Below are positions 1 through 9,653 of a stretch of 64,000 bases of DNA, one piece after another. The stretch is from contig ONGM01000143.1 in assembly GCA_900317365.1 (NCBI GenBank), positions 38,891 through 102,890 of the forward strand, read 5' to 3'. The translations under genes and the position numbers were made by a program. The DNA is from an uncultured Planctomycetota bacterium. GTDB lineage: Bacteria > Planctomycetota > Planctomycetia > Pirellulales > Thermoguttaceae. Every line of letters starts with the position of its first letter. Position 1 is the stretch's first letter. Under the pieces are notes generated by a model. The model had not been told where the DNA came from. It made no database searches and worked only from the letters and a program-made list of their open reading frames with translations.

Positions 1-1388
1 CGTCCAATGGGCCAGTCGCGTTTTTCGGAAAGCCAGTCGAGGTATCCCTTGGCATAGCGCGCAGGCTTGATCTCGACTTCGCCGTTCGTCACAGCGTCCA
101 TCGCCGTTTGCGCAAGCATTTCCATTTTGACGAACCATTGATCGTTCAAATATGGTTCGATCGGCGTCTTCGAACGATCGGAGGTCGCAATTTCAATCTG
201 ACGATCTTCGACTTTAACCAGATACCCCTGCTCTTCGAGGTCGGCTAATACGGCTTCGCGAACCTTTTTAATCAGGAGTCCTTGGTATTTGCCTGCGTTT
301 TCGTTGTACGTTCCGTCCGGATTCAGAAGATTAATCATCGGCAGGTTGCGACGCTTACCAACTTCGTAGTCGTTCGGATCGTGCGCGGGGGTAATCTTTA
401 CGCAACCGGTTCCTTTATCGGGTTTCGCCCATTCGTCGGCCACCAACGGAATCTCGCGATTTTGTAACGGAAGAATCAACATGCGACCGTCGCGAGCCAT
501 CTCGGAAAGTTGAACGAGGGAAGCCATGAGCGTCTTGCGACGTTCTTGCAAAGCGTCAAGTTCTTGTTGCGCTTCTTCACGTTCGCGTTCCGAACTCTTG
601 GCGATTTTCTCGCGAAGCTCCGCTTCGACCTTTTCGAACGCGCCTTTGGGATCCGGGTGAACCGCCACCGCGACGTCGCCGAGCATTGTTTCTGGACGCG
701 TCGTCGCCACAGTTACAAACTGCGGTTCGCCTTCCTTTGGATTAACGACGGGGTACTTGATGTACCAAAAGTGTCCGGCGGTTGTTTCGTGGAAGACTTC
801 GTCGTCGCTAACGGCGGTTTGGAGCTTGACGTCCCAGTTTACCAGACGTTTTCCTCGATAGATCAGACCGTCGCTGAAGAGTTTGAAGAAGAAAGCGCGA
901 ACGGCCTTGGCGCAGACGCTGTCAAGGGTGAAACGGAGGCGCCGCCAGTCGCAACTGCACCCCATCGCTTTCAACTGACTGAGAATGCGCGCTTGGTACT
1001 GATCTTTCCAATCCCAAATACGCTGGACAAGGGCCTCGCGTCCGAGATCCCATCGAGTTTTGCCTTCTTGTTCAAGGAGTCGTTTCTCAACGATCGCTTG
1101 CGTTGCGATACCAGCGTGGTCGACGCCGGGAATCCAAAGCGCTTCGTAGCCTTGCATACGCTTCATGCGAACGAGAGAATCCTGCAACGAATCGTTCAGA
1201 GCATGCCCCAGGTGCAACGCGCCGGTAACGTTCGGGGGAGGAATAACAACAGCGTACGGCTTTTTGTTTGGATTGACGTCGCTATTGAAAAAGCCGTTTT
1301 CTTCCCAGAACTTTGTGTATCGTTCTTGAGCGGATAAGTGATCGTACTGCTTAGGAAGGTTGTTGACCAACTGCTCTTGATGTGTCAT
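1..1388 (-). CDS. valS: Valyl-tRNA synthetase, N-terminal ~462 codons (3' end lies beyond window start)
   Basis: Own minus-strand translation from ATG at 1388: MTHQEQLVNNLPKQYDHLSAQERYTKFWEENGFF..KPYAVVIPPPNVTGALHLGHALNDSLQDSLVRMKRMQGYEALWIPGVDHAGIATQ. PPPNVTG-LH-GHA is the ValRS class-I HIGH region. It is absent from the ORF track because it runs off the edge. Confidence 0.85.
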   Translation of the reverse strand, partial: MTHQEQLVNNLPKQYDHLSAQERYTKFWEENGFFNSDVNPNKKPYAVVIPPPNVTGALHLGHALNDSLQDSLVRMKRMQGYEALWIPGVDHAGIATQAIVEKRLLEQEGKTRWDLGREALVQRIWDWKDQYQARILSQLKAMGCSCDWRRLRFTLDSVCAKAVRAFFFKLFSDGLIYRGKRLVNWDVKLQTAVSDDEVFHETTAGHFWYIKYPVVNPKEGEPQFVTVATTRPETMLGDVAVAVHPDPKGAFEKVEAELREKIAKSSEREREEAQQELDALQERRKTLMASLVQLSEMARDGRMLILPLQNREIPLVADEWAKPDKGTGCVKITPAHDPNDYEVGKRRNLPMINLLNPDGTYNENAGKYQGLLIKKVREAVLADLEEQGYLVKVEDRQIEIATSDRSKTPIEPYLNDQWFVKMEMLAQTAMDAVTNGEVEIKPARYAKGYLDWLSEKRDWPIG

Positions 1389-1579
1389 GGTGGCAAAACC
1401 TGAATTGATACTCTCTGTATACTCAGTATAACGGAATCGCGCCGCAACCGCAGGCGTAACAGCCGACCGCGAGGTCGCAAAACGCTCAATTTGAATTGTA
1501 TCGATTTCTACGTTTTATCCAAGTCCCCCTCGAATGCGACCGCTATTTCCGGTAAAGGGTCTCACAAAACGCCCCCATT

Positions 1580-2128
1580 TCAAACGTCAATCTCGACAGG
1601 CGCCAAAACCAGAGCGTCTTCCGGAGCTCCGCGCCATTGAGGAACGGACTCTTTCTTAGCGATCCATCCGGCGTGAACGACAGTTCCTACAACTTTCTCG
1701 TCCCGAACGACCTGAGAAACGCGATAGCGCGCTTCGTTTCGAACGGTCTCGGCTGGTAGCGTGATCTTGTCGCCTTCCGCAACCTCGGAGACGTGCCGAA
1801 TTTCAAAGAGACGTTCAAGTGTAGCGGCGCATGCGTCATGAACGTTTCTTGCGACGGCGCCGATTTCAGCGTCGCCGTACGCCGTCAAATCTTCTTTGAT
1901 AAAATCCACGAATCGTGCGTCGCGTTGCAACGCGGCGAGTAATTCGATCGCAGGAGAACGATCTGAGACACGACTTTCAGTATGTTGAGTAGGTTCCGAT
2001 TCGTCGGATTTTTCTACCGGCCTATGGGGTGTTTGAGGGGAATCTTGCATGATCTTCACGACTTGGTTACCGAACGAAGAATCTGTAATAACGCCCCAAA
2101 ATGCCTTTAACGCCACGCTTAATTTCAT
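1580..2128 (-). CDS. DUF2760-like protein (hypothetical)
   Basis: 182 aa with an ATG start and GAGGTGA RBS. The N-terminal LSVALKAFWGVI and central LLAALQRDARFVDFIKEDLTAYGDAEIGAVARNVHDACAATLERLF match my memory of DUF2760 family sequences. No database check was possible. Confidence 0.5.
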   Translation of the reverse strand: MKLSVALKAFWGVITDSSFGNQVVKIMQDSPQTPHRPVEKSDESEPTQHTESRVSDRSPAIELLAALQRDARFVDFIKEDLTAYGDAEIGAVARNVHDACAATLERLFEIRHVSEVAEGDKITLPAETVRNEARYRVSQVVRDEKVVGTVVHAGWIAKKESVPQWRGAPEDALVLAPVEIDV

Positions 2129-2494
2129 TACGTGTTCACCTCGTTTTTAGTTGATCGATAATCGTCGCCACAACCTCTCGGTCTATACTTCACAACTAAG
2201 ACGACTCGTTAAGTATAACAATAAATTTGGCGCGGCGTACGCCTCGTTATTCACGAGAGGGAGAGAATGAGTAGACTCAAGTTCAGAACGGGGAATAATT
2301 ACTACATATAGCGTTGTGATTTGCAAAAACAACTAATCCTCTGTTCCCAGTTCGAGGCGCTTTTATCAAAAAACGCGTTTCTTCTTGATCATTATGATTG
2401 CGTTTTCTATAATGCACGACGGTCGCGTCCCTTAACAAGCGTGTCGAAAATGATTCTTAGTCGTCGTCCTGCGATGAGGTTTTAAGGTTCCCAT

Positions 2495-3947
2495 ATGAAA
2501 GACGAAACACTCTACGACGTACTTTACGATTATCAAACGCGCTTACAGGGCGTTTCAAACGGTCTAGGCGCAAAATTGAGGGAGATCATGCGCGCAACGG
2601 AAGAGGACTTTTTCTCCGTTTTGAAGCGCGCGCCTAGGTTCGTCCGCGATCAGAAAACGGCAAACGACCGCATAAACAATCTTGTTCAGAAGTTGGAAGA
2701 AACGCTAGCGCCACTATACGACGCTGCGCAGGAACTGATCGTCTCAACGTGTGTGACGGTCGTTGAAAACGCGACAAAGGAAACAGCTCTGGAAATTTCC
2801 ATAATTCTCGCCGAACTGCAACGTGAGCTTCCCGAGGGACGGATTATAAACGCGCTGACTCGGAAACAACGGAAGGCGGTTGTCGAGGAACAAGAAATCG
2901 ACGGCGCGACGATTAGAGAATGGTTTTGTCGTTGGAAGAGAGGGACTGAAAAAACTCAGCGCGCTCGTTCGGCGCTCATGGGTATTGTCGACTAATCCTT
3001 CGGAAATTGATGAAGCGGCGTTTGAAGCTACGGAAGTCGATTTTGTCGACGGCGTCTTCTTCGCTGGTATCATTTCGAGCGCCTTGCGTTTGGCGCACAA
3101 GTTGGTCAACGGCGTCTCCAATAATGCGCGAATCGAGACCATATGCCAGAACACGGACTTTATCGACTCCGTGAAGTTTATCGGAATGCTCGACGGAATG
3201 AAGCAACGCTCTTGCGCCGCCTATAACGGGCAGATTTGGCGCAAGGAAGAAATGAAGACGGCGCCGCGCCCTCCTCTTCACCCGAACTGTTGTTGCACGC
3301 TCATTCCCTGGATAGAACGCGAAGAGTCGGAAGAGGCGCGGTTCGAAGACGACGAGGCGAGGCTTTTTGCGAACGCCAATAATGATAAGTTTGAGGAGGA
3401 CGCCTACAACGCCGAGTCGCGCGCAAAAGGCTGGAACCGACTTCGAAACGATCTCTCGCCGACTTCGAAACAAAATTATAGCCGCGAAGCGCAAGTTGAA
3501 TTGTCGTCCGTTCAGCAATTCTCCGGTCCGACGACCTTCCGCCAATATTTCTCTAAACAGCCCGACGACTTTAAGCTCTCTTGGCTCGGCGCCGATCGCT
3601 TTGAACTCTTTAAAAGCGCTTCGCTCGACGATAAAGATCTCTTTACTCCAATTTCGACGTATACGGTTGAGCCTGATTCTCTCATCAGTTTCCCACAGAG
3701 AGCTGAGGCGGAACGCCTTGCGGAAATTTCAAGGGATTATCACTTGGTTGGTCCGGCTCACGTCTGGATTGAACCTGATTTCATGGGAGTCAGACTCGAC
3801 GCTCTCGACGAGTTTGCAAAGAAACTCAAAGGGCTATCTTCCGAGGAGTTCAAACGGCTTTTCGAGGAGTTTGAAGCGGCGGAAAAAGACTTCATGGAGC
3901 GCATTAAAAACGCAGAACCGAGACGTGAGGATTATACCGAAGAATAA
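2495..3947 (+). pseudogene. Phage MuF / SPP1 gp7-like head-morphogenesis domain protein, reading frame broken (two ORFs, 2495..2995 and 2880..3947)
   Basis: The second ORF carries the MuF signature ARIETICQ..GMLDGMKQRSCAAYNGQIW...PPLHPNCCCTLIP. The first ORF ends in a different frame, with a 116-nt overlap. Removing one A from the A6 tract at 2949..2954 fuses the frames (..WKRGTEKLSALVRRSW..). No other phage genes are nearby. Confidence 0.6.
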
Positions 3948-3959
3948 GTAAGTGTTCTG

Positions 3960-4199
3960 ATGATATTAAACATTGAGAATATTGGGCGCCCGTTCGATGA
4001 AGTCGCGCGACGAAACGAATGCGAACGCCTCCGCTTCAAATTGGCCGATCTCTCAAGACGGCAACGTGTGGGACTATTGACGAAAGCGTCGAGAAAGGGT
4101 CTGGCAGTGATCGACGAGACAAATAGCCACGTCTCACGAACTGAAAACTTGCAAAAGAAAATATTTTTCATTTGCACGGATCAAATGTCTCTGTTATAA
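3960..4199 (+). CDS. Small hypothetical ORF (79 aa) immediately after the MuF-like gene; coding status doubtful
   Basis: It is an ORF in the track with no clear RBS. Its 3' end overlaps the predicted promoter of the next gene. Confidence 0.2.
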   Translation: MILNIENIGRPFDEVARRNECERLRFKLADLSRRQRVGLLTKASRKGLAVIDETNSHVSRTENLQKKIFFICTDQMSLL

Positions 4200-4200
4200 T
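4172..4200 (+). promoter_or_regulatory. Sigma-70-like promoter TTGCAC-17 nt-TATAAT
   Basis: TTGCAC at 4172..4177 and TATAAT at 4195..4200 have an exact 17-nt spacer, about 94 nt upstream of the ATG at 4294. Confidence 0.45.
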
Positions 4201-4293
4201 CGGACAGGGAGTGAAAGATCGCGTGCAGAATTCGGCTGCATGCAGATTCGTCAACAAAATAAAAAGCGTTACCCGAATTAGAGAGGTATCATT

Positions 4294-5169
4294 ATGGATC
4301 GCCGAGCTTTCTTACAAACCGGTCTTTGCGCCGCTGTCGCCGCTACGCCGTTTGCGTCCGCGCTTGCTGAATACAAGAAGTACGAAAAACATATTCCGAT
4401 CGGGCTCGAACTTTACTCGCTTCGCGACATCATTAATCATGAAACGTTCCCGAAGTACCTGAAATGGGTTGCGGAAACCGGTTTTGAATTTGTCGAATTT
4501 GCCGGATATCACGGCTACAGCGCCAAGGAACTTCGCAAACTTCTCGACGACGTCGGACTCAAAGCTTCCAGCACTCACACCGGTTTGGATTCTATTCAGG
4601 GCGACAATCTGAAAGCGACCGCTGAATTCGCCAACGAAGTCGGTTTCAAGTATCTCATCGTTCCCGGCGGACTCGAAGGACGTATTCGGGCGAGTATCGA
4701 TTCTAATAAGCGCGCCGCTGAAGAGTTCAGCGAAATTGCTGAAAAGGCCGCCGAGTACGGTTGCTGCGTCGGTTTCCACGGGCACTCCGGCGACTATCAA
4801 AACATCAAAGACGTCAACGCTTCCGCTTGGGTCACGTTCTTTAACTTCTGCGATCCGCGCGTTATCTCCCAAATTGATATCGGTTGGTGCGATCATGCGC
4901 ACTCGCACGGCGCTCTCTTCACGCCTTCCCAAACGATGCAACTCCTTCCCGGTCGTTGCAAGGCTCTCCATATCAAATCCAATAACGTCGACGTCAAAGG
5001 TTGCGTCGTTGGCGATTCCGACGACCGTGTCGATTGGCAATCCGTCTTCGAAACCGCTCACGAAGTCGGCGGTACGGAATACTTCATTGTTGAACAAGAA
5101 CAGTGGAAAGTTTCCTCCTGCGATTCCGCTCGCGAATGCCTCGAAAACCTCAAGAAGATGGGTTGGTAA
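4294..5169 (+). CDS. Sugar phosphate isomerase/epimerase (xylose-isomerase-like TIM barrel), Tat signal
   Basis: 291 aa. The N-terminal MDRRAFLQTGLCAAVAATPFASALA contains the twin-arginine motif RRxFL. The body (IGLELYSLR, FEFVEFAGYHG, KYLIVPG, ALHIKS, YFIVEQE) is typical of the AP_endonuc_2/TIM-barrel family. Confidence 0.75.
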   Translation: MDRRAFLQTGLCAAVAATPFASALAEYKKYEKHIPIGLELYSLRDIINHETFPKYLKWVAETGFEFVEFAGYHGYSAKELRKLLDDVGLKASSTHTGLDSIQGDNLKATAEFANEVGFKYLIVPGGLEGRIRASIDSNKRAAEEFSEIAEKAAEYGCCVGFHGHSGDYQNIKDVNASAWVTFFNFCDPRVISQIDIGWCDHAHSHGALFTPSQTMQLLPGRCKALHIKSNNVDVKGCVVGDSDDRVDWQSVFETAHEVGGTEYFIVEQEQWKVSSCDSARECLENLKKMGW

Positions 5170-5293
5170 TTTCACCCAAAGAAAAGATGTGAACGAGGCG
5201 GGTTGACGCTAAGGACGTAGTCGCGTCGATTGTCTAAACCGATTCGGCGCTCTTGCGCTTTGAAACAGCGCTTCTAGTAACGTTGTTGCATTA

Positions 5294-5340
5294 GGGGTCG
5301 TTTTTCAATTTTCAATGAGAAACGCCCCCTATTCTTTTCT
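5294..5340 (+). terminator. Possible intrinsic terminator after the isomerase gene
   Basis: GGGG(T)CGTTT .. AAACGCCCC forms a 9-bp stem with one bulge, followed by a T-rich CTATTCTTTTCT. It lies 125 nt from the stop codon. Confidence 0.3.
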
Positions 5341-5740
5341 TGTCAAAATACGCAAGGTTGAAAGATCGCGTTTTTTAAAACGGGAACAAAACGGTTGCGA
5401 TCGAAAGAGTGAAACGTTCCCTAATGTTTTTTCACGATCCTTGACGCAATAAAAAAGTTGCCGAAAACATTGGTTCCGACAACTTCGCTAATCAAATTAT
5501 CTTGCAATCTTCATAACGTCTCGGAGCAAGTATGTTCCAAGAAAGGTTTGGCTTGTACTTGCCTGATTCGACGCCGTCGCTGCGTTCGTTGCGCGCCAAA
5601 ATTGCTCTTCAACTTTTACCGTCGGCTCTGACCGCAAGCGCAGAGCGTTGGACGCCTATGCAGGGCAAACGCAGATTCAAGCGTCGTCAGCTTTTTGACG
5701 TTTGTCGTCTTCCAAAGATTGGCGACGCGAAGAAATCCGA

Positions 5741-8629
5741 CTATCGTTCCAATAACGATTGAATGACGTAACGGCCTGATCCGAGATTTATCGTCTTCTT
5801 TGAGAAGTTGTCGCCGATCGACTTCTTGAAGGAACTTTCGACCTCGACGTCGGCAAATTCCTGATCGCCGATTAAGCGCTGGACGGAAATCTGAGCGGCT
5901 TCGTCGATCACGGGGACTTCGAGCGTTGCGACGACTCCCGTAGGAACTGTAACGTTCCAAATAAATTCTTTTGCCGAGGAAACTCGCCATTCCGAAACGA
6001 TCTTACCATAAGGCGACAGATAATCCCCTTTTGCGGATGAAATTTCGTTCAAGATAGGATTCGGTCTCAAAAGAGGTTTATTGAACGCAACAGAGTCGTC
6101 AAGTTGCTTGATTCCGACTATGTCGGACGAAAACCATTCTTGGATCGCGCCGAACATAAAATGGTTCATTGAACTACCAGGACCGTCCCACGTTTCTGAG
6201 AGCGTTTTCATTCCCCATTTCGTGAGCATATGGACGTATCCAGGCGCGTCCTCTCGTTGCAACATTTTCCATAATACGTCGTTGCGCCCAAATTCGGAAA
6301 GCGTTTTAATAACAAAAGGCCATGCCACTTCGCCGCACGAAGGACGGTAGTTCCAACTCTCAATGTTGTCGATCATATTTTGCAGGGCTTTTGCGCGACC
6401 CGCTTCGGGAACGAGTCCGAAATACAACGCAAAAGCGTACGCAGCCTGAGAACCTGTTGAAACGACGCCTGTTTCGGGGTTGTAATACGCTTTTTGGAAG
6501 TTTCGAATCGATTCGTCGCGGAGATTTCGATAAAACTCCGCGTCTTCCTTTTTCCCGAGGAATTCGGCGAAGAAAGCCATAATCCGCGCGTTATCGCACA
6601 AAAACGCTGTCGCCGTTAATTCGCCAGGCGTATGCTGGGAATAGCCTGCGTGTCGTTTTTCCGGCGACCAATCGTACCAATCTCCGAGTCCGGCTTTGAC
6701 CAACCCATTGGCGTCGCGGATCTGCGCCATATATCGCACGTAACGATCCATCGTTTCGTATTGTTGAGCAATAATCTCGACGTCGCCGTACCACTTGTAT
6801 AAGAGGTATGGTAATTGAACGGTCGCGGCGCTCCATTCCGCCGACCAGAAGAAGCCTTGAACAAATCGCGTGTATTCAGGCGCAATATCAGGAACCATAC
6901 CGTCGTCAAGTTGCGCTTCAGAGATATCGCGGCAAATTTTTCGGAACAGACTGTGCAGATCATATCGATATAGGATTGACGGTCCCATAAGGTGCGTCTC
7001 TTCGAGCCACCCTAACTTTTCTCGATGAGGACAGTCCGTCATAAGACTAACGATATTACTGCGAACGGAACGATCGATCATGAGATCAATGTCGTTCAGA
7101 TATTTGCCGTCGGACTCAAAAGAACCTACGCGTTCCAAGTCGGCGCCGATTCTTTCCGCCTCAATCTCGACGATTCGCGCCTTATCGGCGGGCGTTTTGT
7201 CTTGCTTCTCCGCGTCCGGTTGATAAACGGCGCCGTCAAAGTAAACGTACTGGAATCCCCAATAGCCGAAAACGGATCCAATTCTTTCCAAAGGAGTTGG
7301 CGCAAGATTTTCATTCGAAGTAGCAATTTCCGGCGACTTCATAATCTCAACGGCGTCGTTCAGGTTTAAAACAGAATCTTTGTTAAAAGCATAGCTGTCG
7401 TAGTGCCCGTTCCAAGGTTTGCCTTCCATTTCGGCGAGGCTAACGGTAACTTTTCCCGATTCCGCAGGCGGCGCGCAACGAAAGACAGGGCGTCCGGCGA
7501 AATTATAGCCGAAATTCGCTTCAACGACGCCGTTTTCGAGCGTTTTCACTTCGATCGGTTTCAGCGTTTCAATAACGACGACAGGCGGCTGGATTTGCGC
7601 TCGAAGTTTGCCTCCGGGAGAGGTCGTTTTAACGACAGGCTGAGGCTCGTTAGGCGCTAGGACGCGATCGCGAGTAATCACGCCTTTAGCAAAATCGACG
7701 TCGTCGCCGCCGTAGACGCATGAAAATGTAACAGGCGAGCTGAGGGAGAGCCAGGACTCGTCGGTGGAGACGGTCTGAGTCGACCCGTCTTTATATCGAA
7801 CGACTAATTGAGCAATAACTTTAGGAAGTCCGAAGGAACCGGTAAACTTAACGTAGCGTCCTCCGGGAACGTTGTACATACCGTTCCCGAGCATGACGGC
7901 AAGTCGGCGCGTTCCTTCGCGTTCTAAAAGTTCCTTTTTAACGTCAAAGGTAACGTAGAGGCAGGTTTTTCGGTAGTTGGTCCACCCGGGATCGATTGAC
8001 GTGCGATTTCCAAGAGGGCGCGAATTCAAAAAGACGAGTTGCTGCCCTAGCCCACAAATATGGAGAAAGGCGTCCTCGACGTCCACGTTTTTTTTCTGTA
8101 ATTCAAAATCACGAAAAAGAATCGGCAAAGGCTTCGAATCGTCGCGATCAGCGGTAATCCAATCGGCATTTTCCCAACCTTCGGTGAGACCGGTTACAAA
8201 CTCTCCGGTTCCCACTTCTTCCTTTTCGACAGATTCGCCGCGAGCGCTCATTCCGCGCCACACTGCGGTAACCTGCCAGTAATAGCGTCGTGAAGGTTCA
8301 AGTTTGGCGCCTTGATATTGAACGCCGTGAGATACAGGGGACTCGACAATTCCGCTATCCCAAACGATCTGTTGTGGGTTTTGCAACGCGTCGATCGACG
8401 GAGCGACCGTAATTCTGTATGAGATTTGTTTAGCGTCGAAGAAGCCCGGAGTTTCGAGAATCCAGGCAAATATGGGATTTTTCGAATCGACGCCAACGGT
8501 GGGGGTTGGACGCGCGTCGACGGTTAAACGTTTGATTTCCGCGCGGACGCCAGTTCCGTAAAACAGCGCGCAACAAAAAGAGGCGACGAATATAATTCGG
8601 GCAATACTTTTAAAATATAAGACGCACAT
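5741..8629 (-). CDS. Alpha-L-rhamnosidase, GH78, secreted
   Basis: 962 aa with a signal-like N-terminus. MTDCPHREKLGWLEETHLMGPSILY and the overall length and architecture are typical of Bac_rhamnosid N/6H/C. Confidence 0.85.
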   Translation of the reverse strand: MCVLYFKSIARIIFVASFCCALFYGTGVRAEIKRLTVDARPTPTVGVDSKNPIFAWILETPGFFDAKQISYRITVAPSIDALQNPQQIVWDSGIVESPVSHGVQYQGAKLEPSRRYYWQVTAVWRGMSARGESVEKEEVGTGEFVTGLTEGWENADWITADRDDSKPLPILFRDFELQKKNVDVEDAFLHICGLGQQLVFLNSRPLGNRTSIDPGWTNYRKTCLYVTFDVKKELLEREGTRRLAVMLGNGMYNVPGGRYVKFTGSFGLPKVIAQLVVRYKDGSTQTVSTDESWLSLSSPVTFSCVYGGDDVDFAKGVITRDRVLAPNEPQPVVKTTSPGGKLRAQIQPPVVVIETLKPIEVKTLENGVVEANFGYNFAGRPVFRCAPPAESGKVTVSLAEMEGKPWNGHYDSYAFNKDSVLNLNDAVEIMKSPEIATSNENLAPTPLERIGSVFGYWGFQYVYFDGAVYQPDAEKQDKTPADKARIVEIEAERIGADLERVGSFESDGKYLNDIDLMIDRSVRSNIVSLMTDCPHREKLGWLEETHLMGPSILYRYDLHSLFRKICRDISEAQLDDGMVPDIAPEYTRFVQGFFWSAEWSAATVQLPYLLYKWYGDVEIIAQQYETMDRYVRYMAQIRDANGLVKAGLGDWYDWSPEKRHAGYSQHTPGELTATAFLCDNARIMAFFAEFLGKKEDAEFYRNLRDESIRNFQKAYYNPETGVVSTGSQAAYAFALYFGLVPEAGRAKALQNMIDNIESWNYRPSCGEVAWPFVIKTLSEFGRNDVLWKMLQREDAPGYVHMLTKWGMKTLSETWDGPGSSMNHFMFGAIQEWFSSDIVGIKQLDDSVAFNKPLLRPNPILNEISSAKGDYLSPYGKIVSEWRVSSAKEFIWNVTVPTGVVATLEVPVIDEAAQISVQRLIGDQEFADVEVESSFKKSIGDNFSKKTINLGSGRYVIQSLLER

Positions 8630-8781
8630 AACTACAATACTCTTTATACCAGGCGAAAACGCCGTATTCTGTCCACCATAGAATTGTAAGGGAGGCGAAG
8701 ATAAAAGTCAATCTTTACAGTTAAGGGGTATCGACGACGATCATCTTACAAAAGCAACTTCGACGTACTTTGCGAAGAGAC

Positions 8782-8826
8782 AAAAGGCGAATCCCCGAAT
8801 TGCAATCACTCCGGGAGTTCGCCTTC
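8782..8826 (-). terminator. Intrinsic terminator closing the nitrogen supercluster (after nadE)
   Basis: On the minus strand, GAAGGCGAACTCCCG-loop-CGGGGATTCGCCTTTTGTCTC forms an 8-bp perfect stem plus a 5-bp extension, followed by UUUUGU. Confidence 0.5.
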
Positions 8827-8898
8827 GTGTGGCGCGCGCTTTCGGAACTTCGAACGCCTTGGTTATACCGTCGTCAAGACGTTGAAAAATGTTGGAAG

Positions 8899-9624
8899 CT
8901 ACGCAAATCTTTTCGGACTCTCAAGTTTATGGAGGCTTCTCTTGTGCATTCGCTCGATTTGTCTTTGCGCATCGAGATCAACGTTCCCGCCCAGAATGAA
9001 CGAATCAAGCGTCGCGTAACTAACCCCCATCTCCTTCTCGTCAGTCTGCCCGTCGAATAATGCAGCGGAAGGCGCCTTGTCAAGAATGCGTTTCGGAGCG
9101 TCTAGAAAGCGAAGGAACTCGTAAACTTCGGTTACCGTCAGATCAGAGATCGGATTGAAATCGTATGCGCCGTCGCCCCACTTCGTAAAATATCCGACGT
9201 AGGCTTCGCTCCGATTGCCGGTTCCCGCGACAAGACAATTCTCGGAAGCGGCGATTGCGTACAAGGTCGTCATTCTCAGACGCGGAGCAATATTGGCGAC
9301 GGCGGCGGCGCTGAGTTGAACGTTTTTTTGAAGAGCTTCCAGTTCAGCGTTTTTTACAGGCGACAAATCGATCGTTCGCGTTTCGATTTCGTATTGTTGA
9401 GCAAGTTGAGCGGCGTCGCTGGCGTCTTCTTCGTAATTACGTCGGGAAGTACACGGCATGATAACGCCGATCGTCTTCTTGCATGCCGCCTTGGCAAGAA
9501 TCCCGACTAACGCGGAGTCTTTACCGCCACTGTTCCCAAAGACAACGCCGTCGGAGTCTGCTTGAGCGACTGTTTCACGTATAAAGCGAACGCGTTCGCT
9601 AAACTCCTTTTCATAATTTCGCAT
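8899..9624 (-). CDS. nadE: NH3-dependent NAD+ synthetase
   Basis: 241 aa with the PP-loop VFGNSGGKDSALV. The short form lacks a glutaminase domain. Confidence 0.85.
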   Translation of the reverse strand: MRNYEKEFSERVRFIRETVAQADSDGVVFGNSGGKDSALVGILAKAACKKTIGVIMPCTSRRNYEEDASDAAQLAQQYEIETRTIDLSPVKNAELEALQKNVQLSAAAVANIAPRLRMTTLYAIAASENCLVAGTGNRSEAYVGYFTKWGDGAYDFNPISDLTVTEVYEFLRFLDAPKRILDKAPSAALFDGQTDEKEMGVSYATLDSFILGGNVDLDAQRQIERMHKRSLHKLESPKRFA

Positions 9625-9653
9625 TTTAATCGTCTTTCTTTAGCGACTGGTGG

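Noticed and set aside
510-1337. 275-aa + strand ORF inside the valS region
   Set aside because: It is antisense to a clearly recognisable ValRS coding sequence. Its composition is low-complexity and Arg/Phe-rich, typical of a shadow ORF.
2744-3951. Several ORFs (136, 189 and 194 aa) overlapping the MuF-like gene
   Set aside because: Only the two collinear + frames carry MuF motifs. The rest are Ser/Arg-rich shadows.
2129-4293. Possible prophage or defence island around the MuF-like gene
   Set aside because: There are no terminase, portal, capsid, integrase or tRNA attachment sites, and the flanking genes are ordinary chromosomal genes. It is better explained as an isolated relic or orphan gene.
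4312-5206. 287-aa minus ORF and 156-aa plus ORF overlapping the TIM-barrel isomerase gene
   Set aside because: The Tat-signal isomerase frame has family motifs and an RBS. The others are shadow frames.
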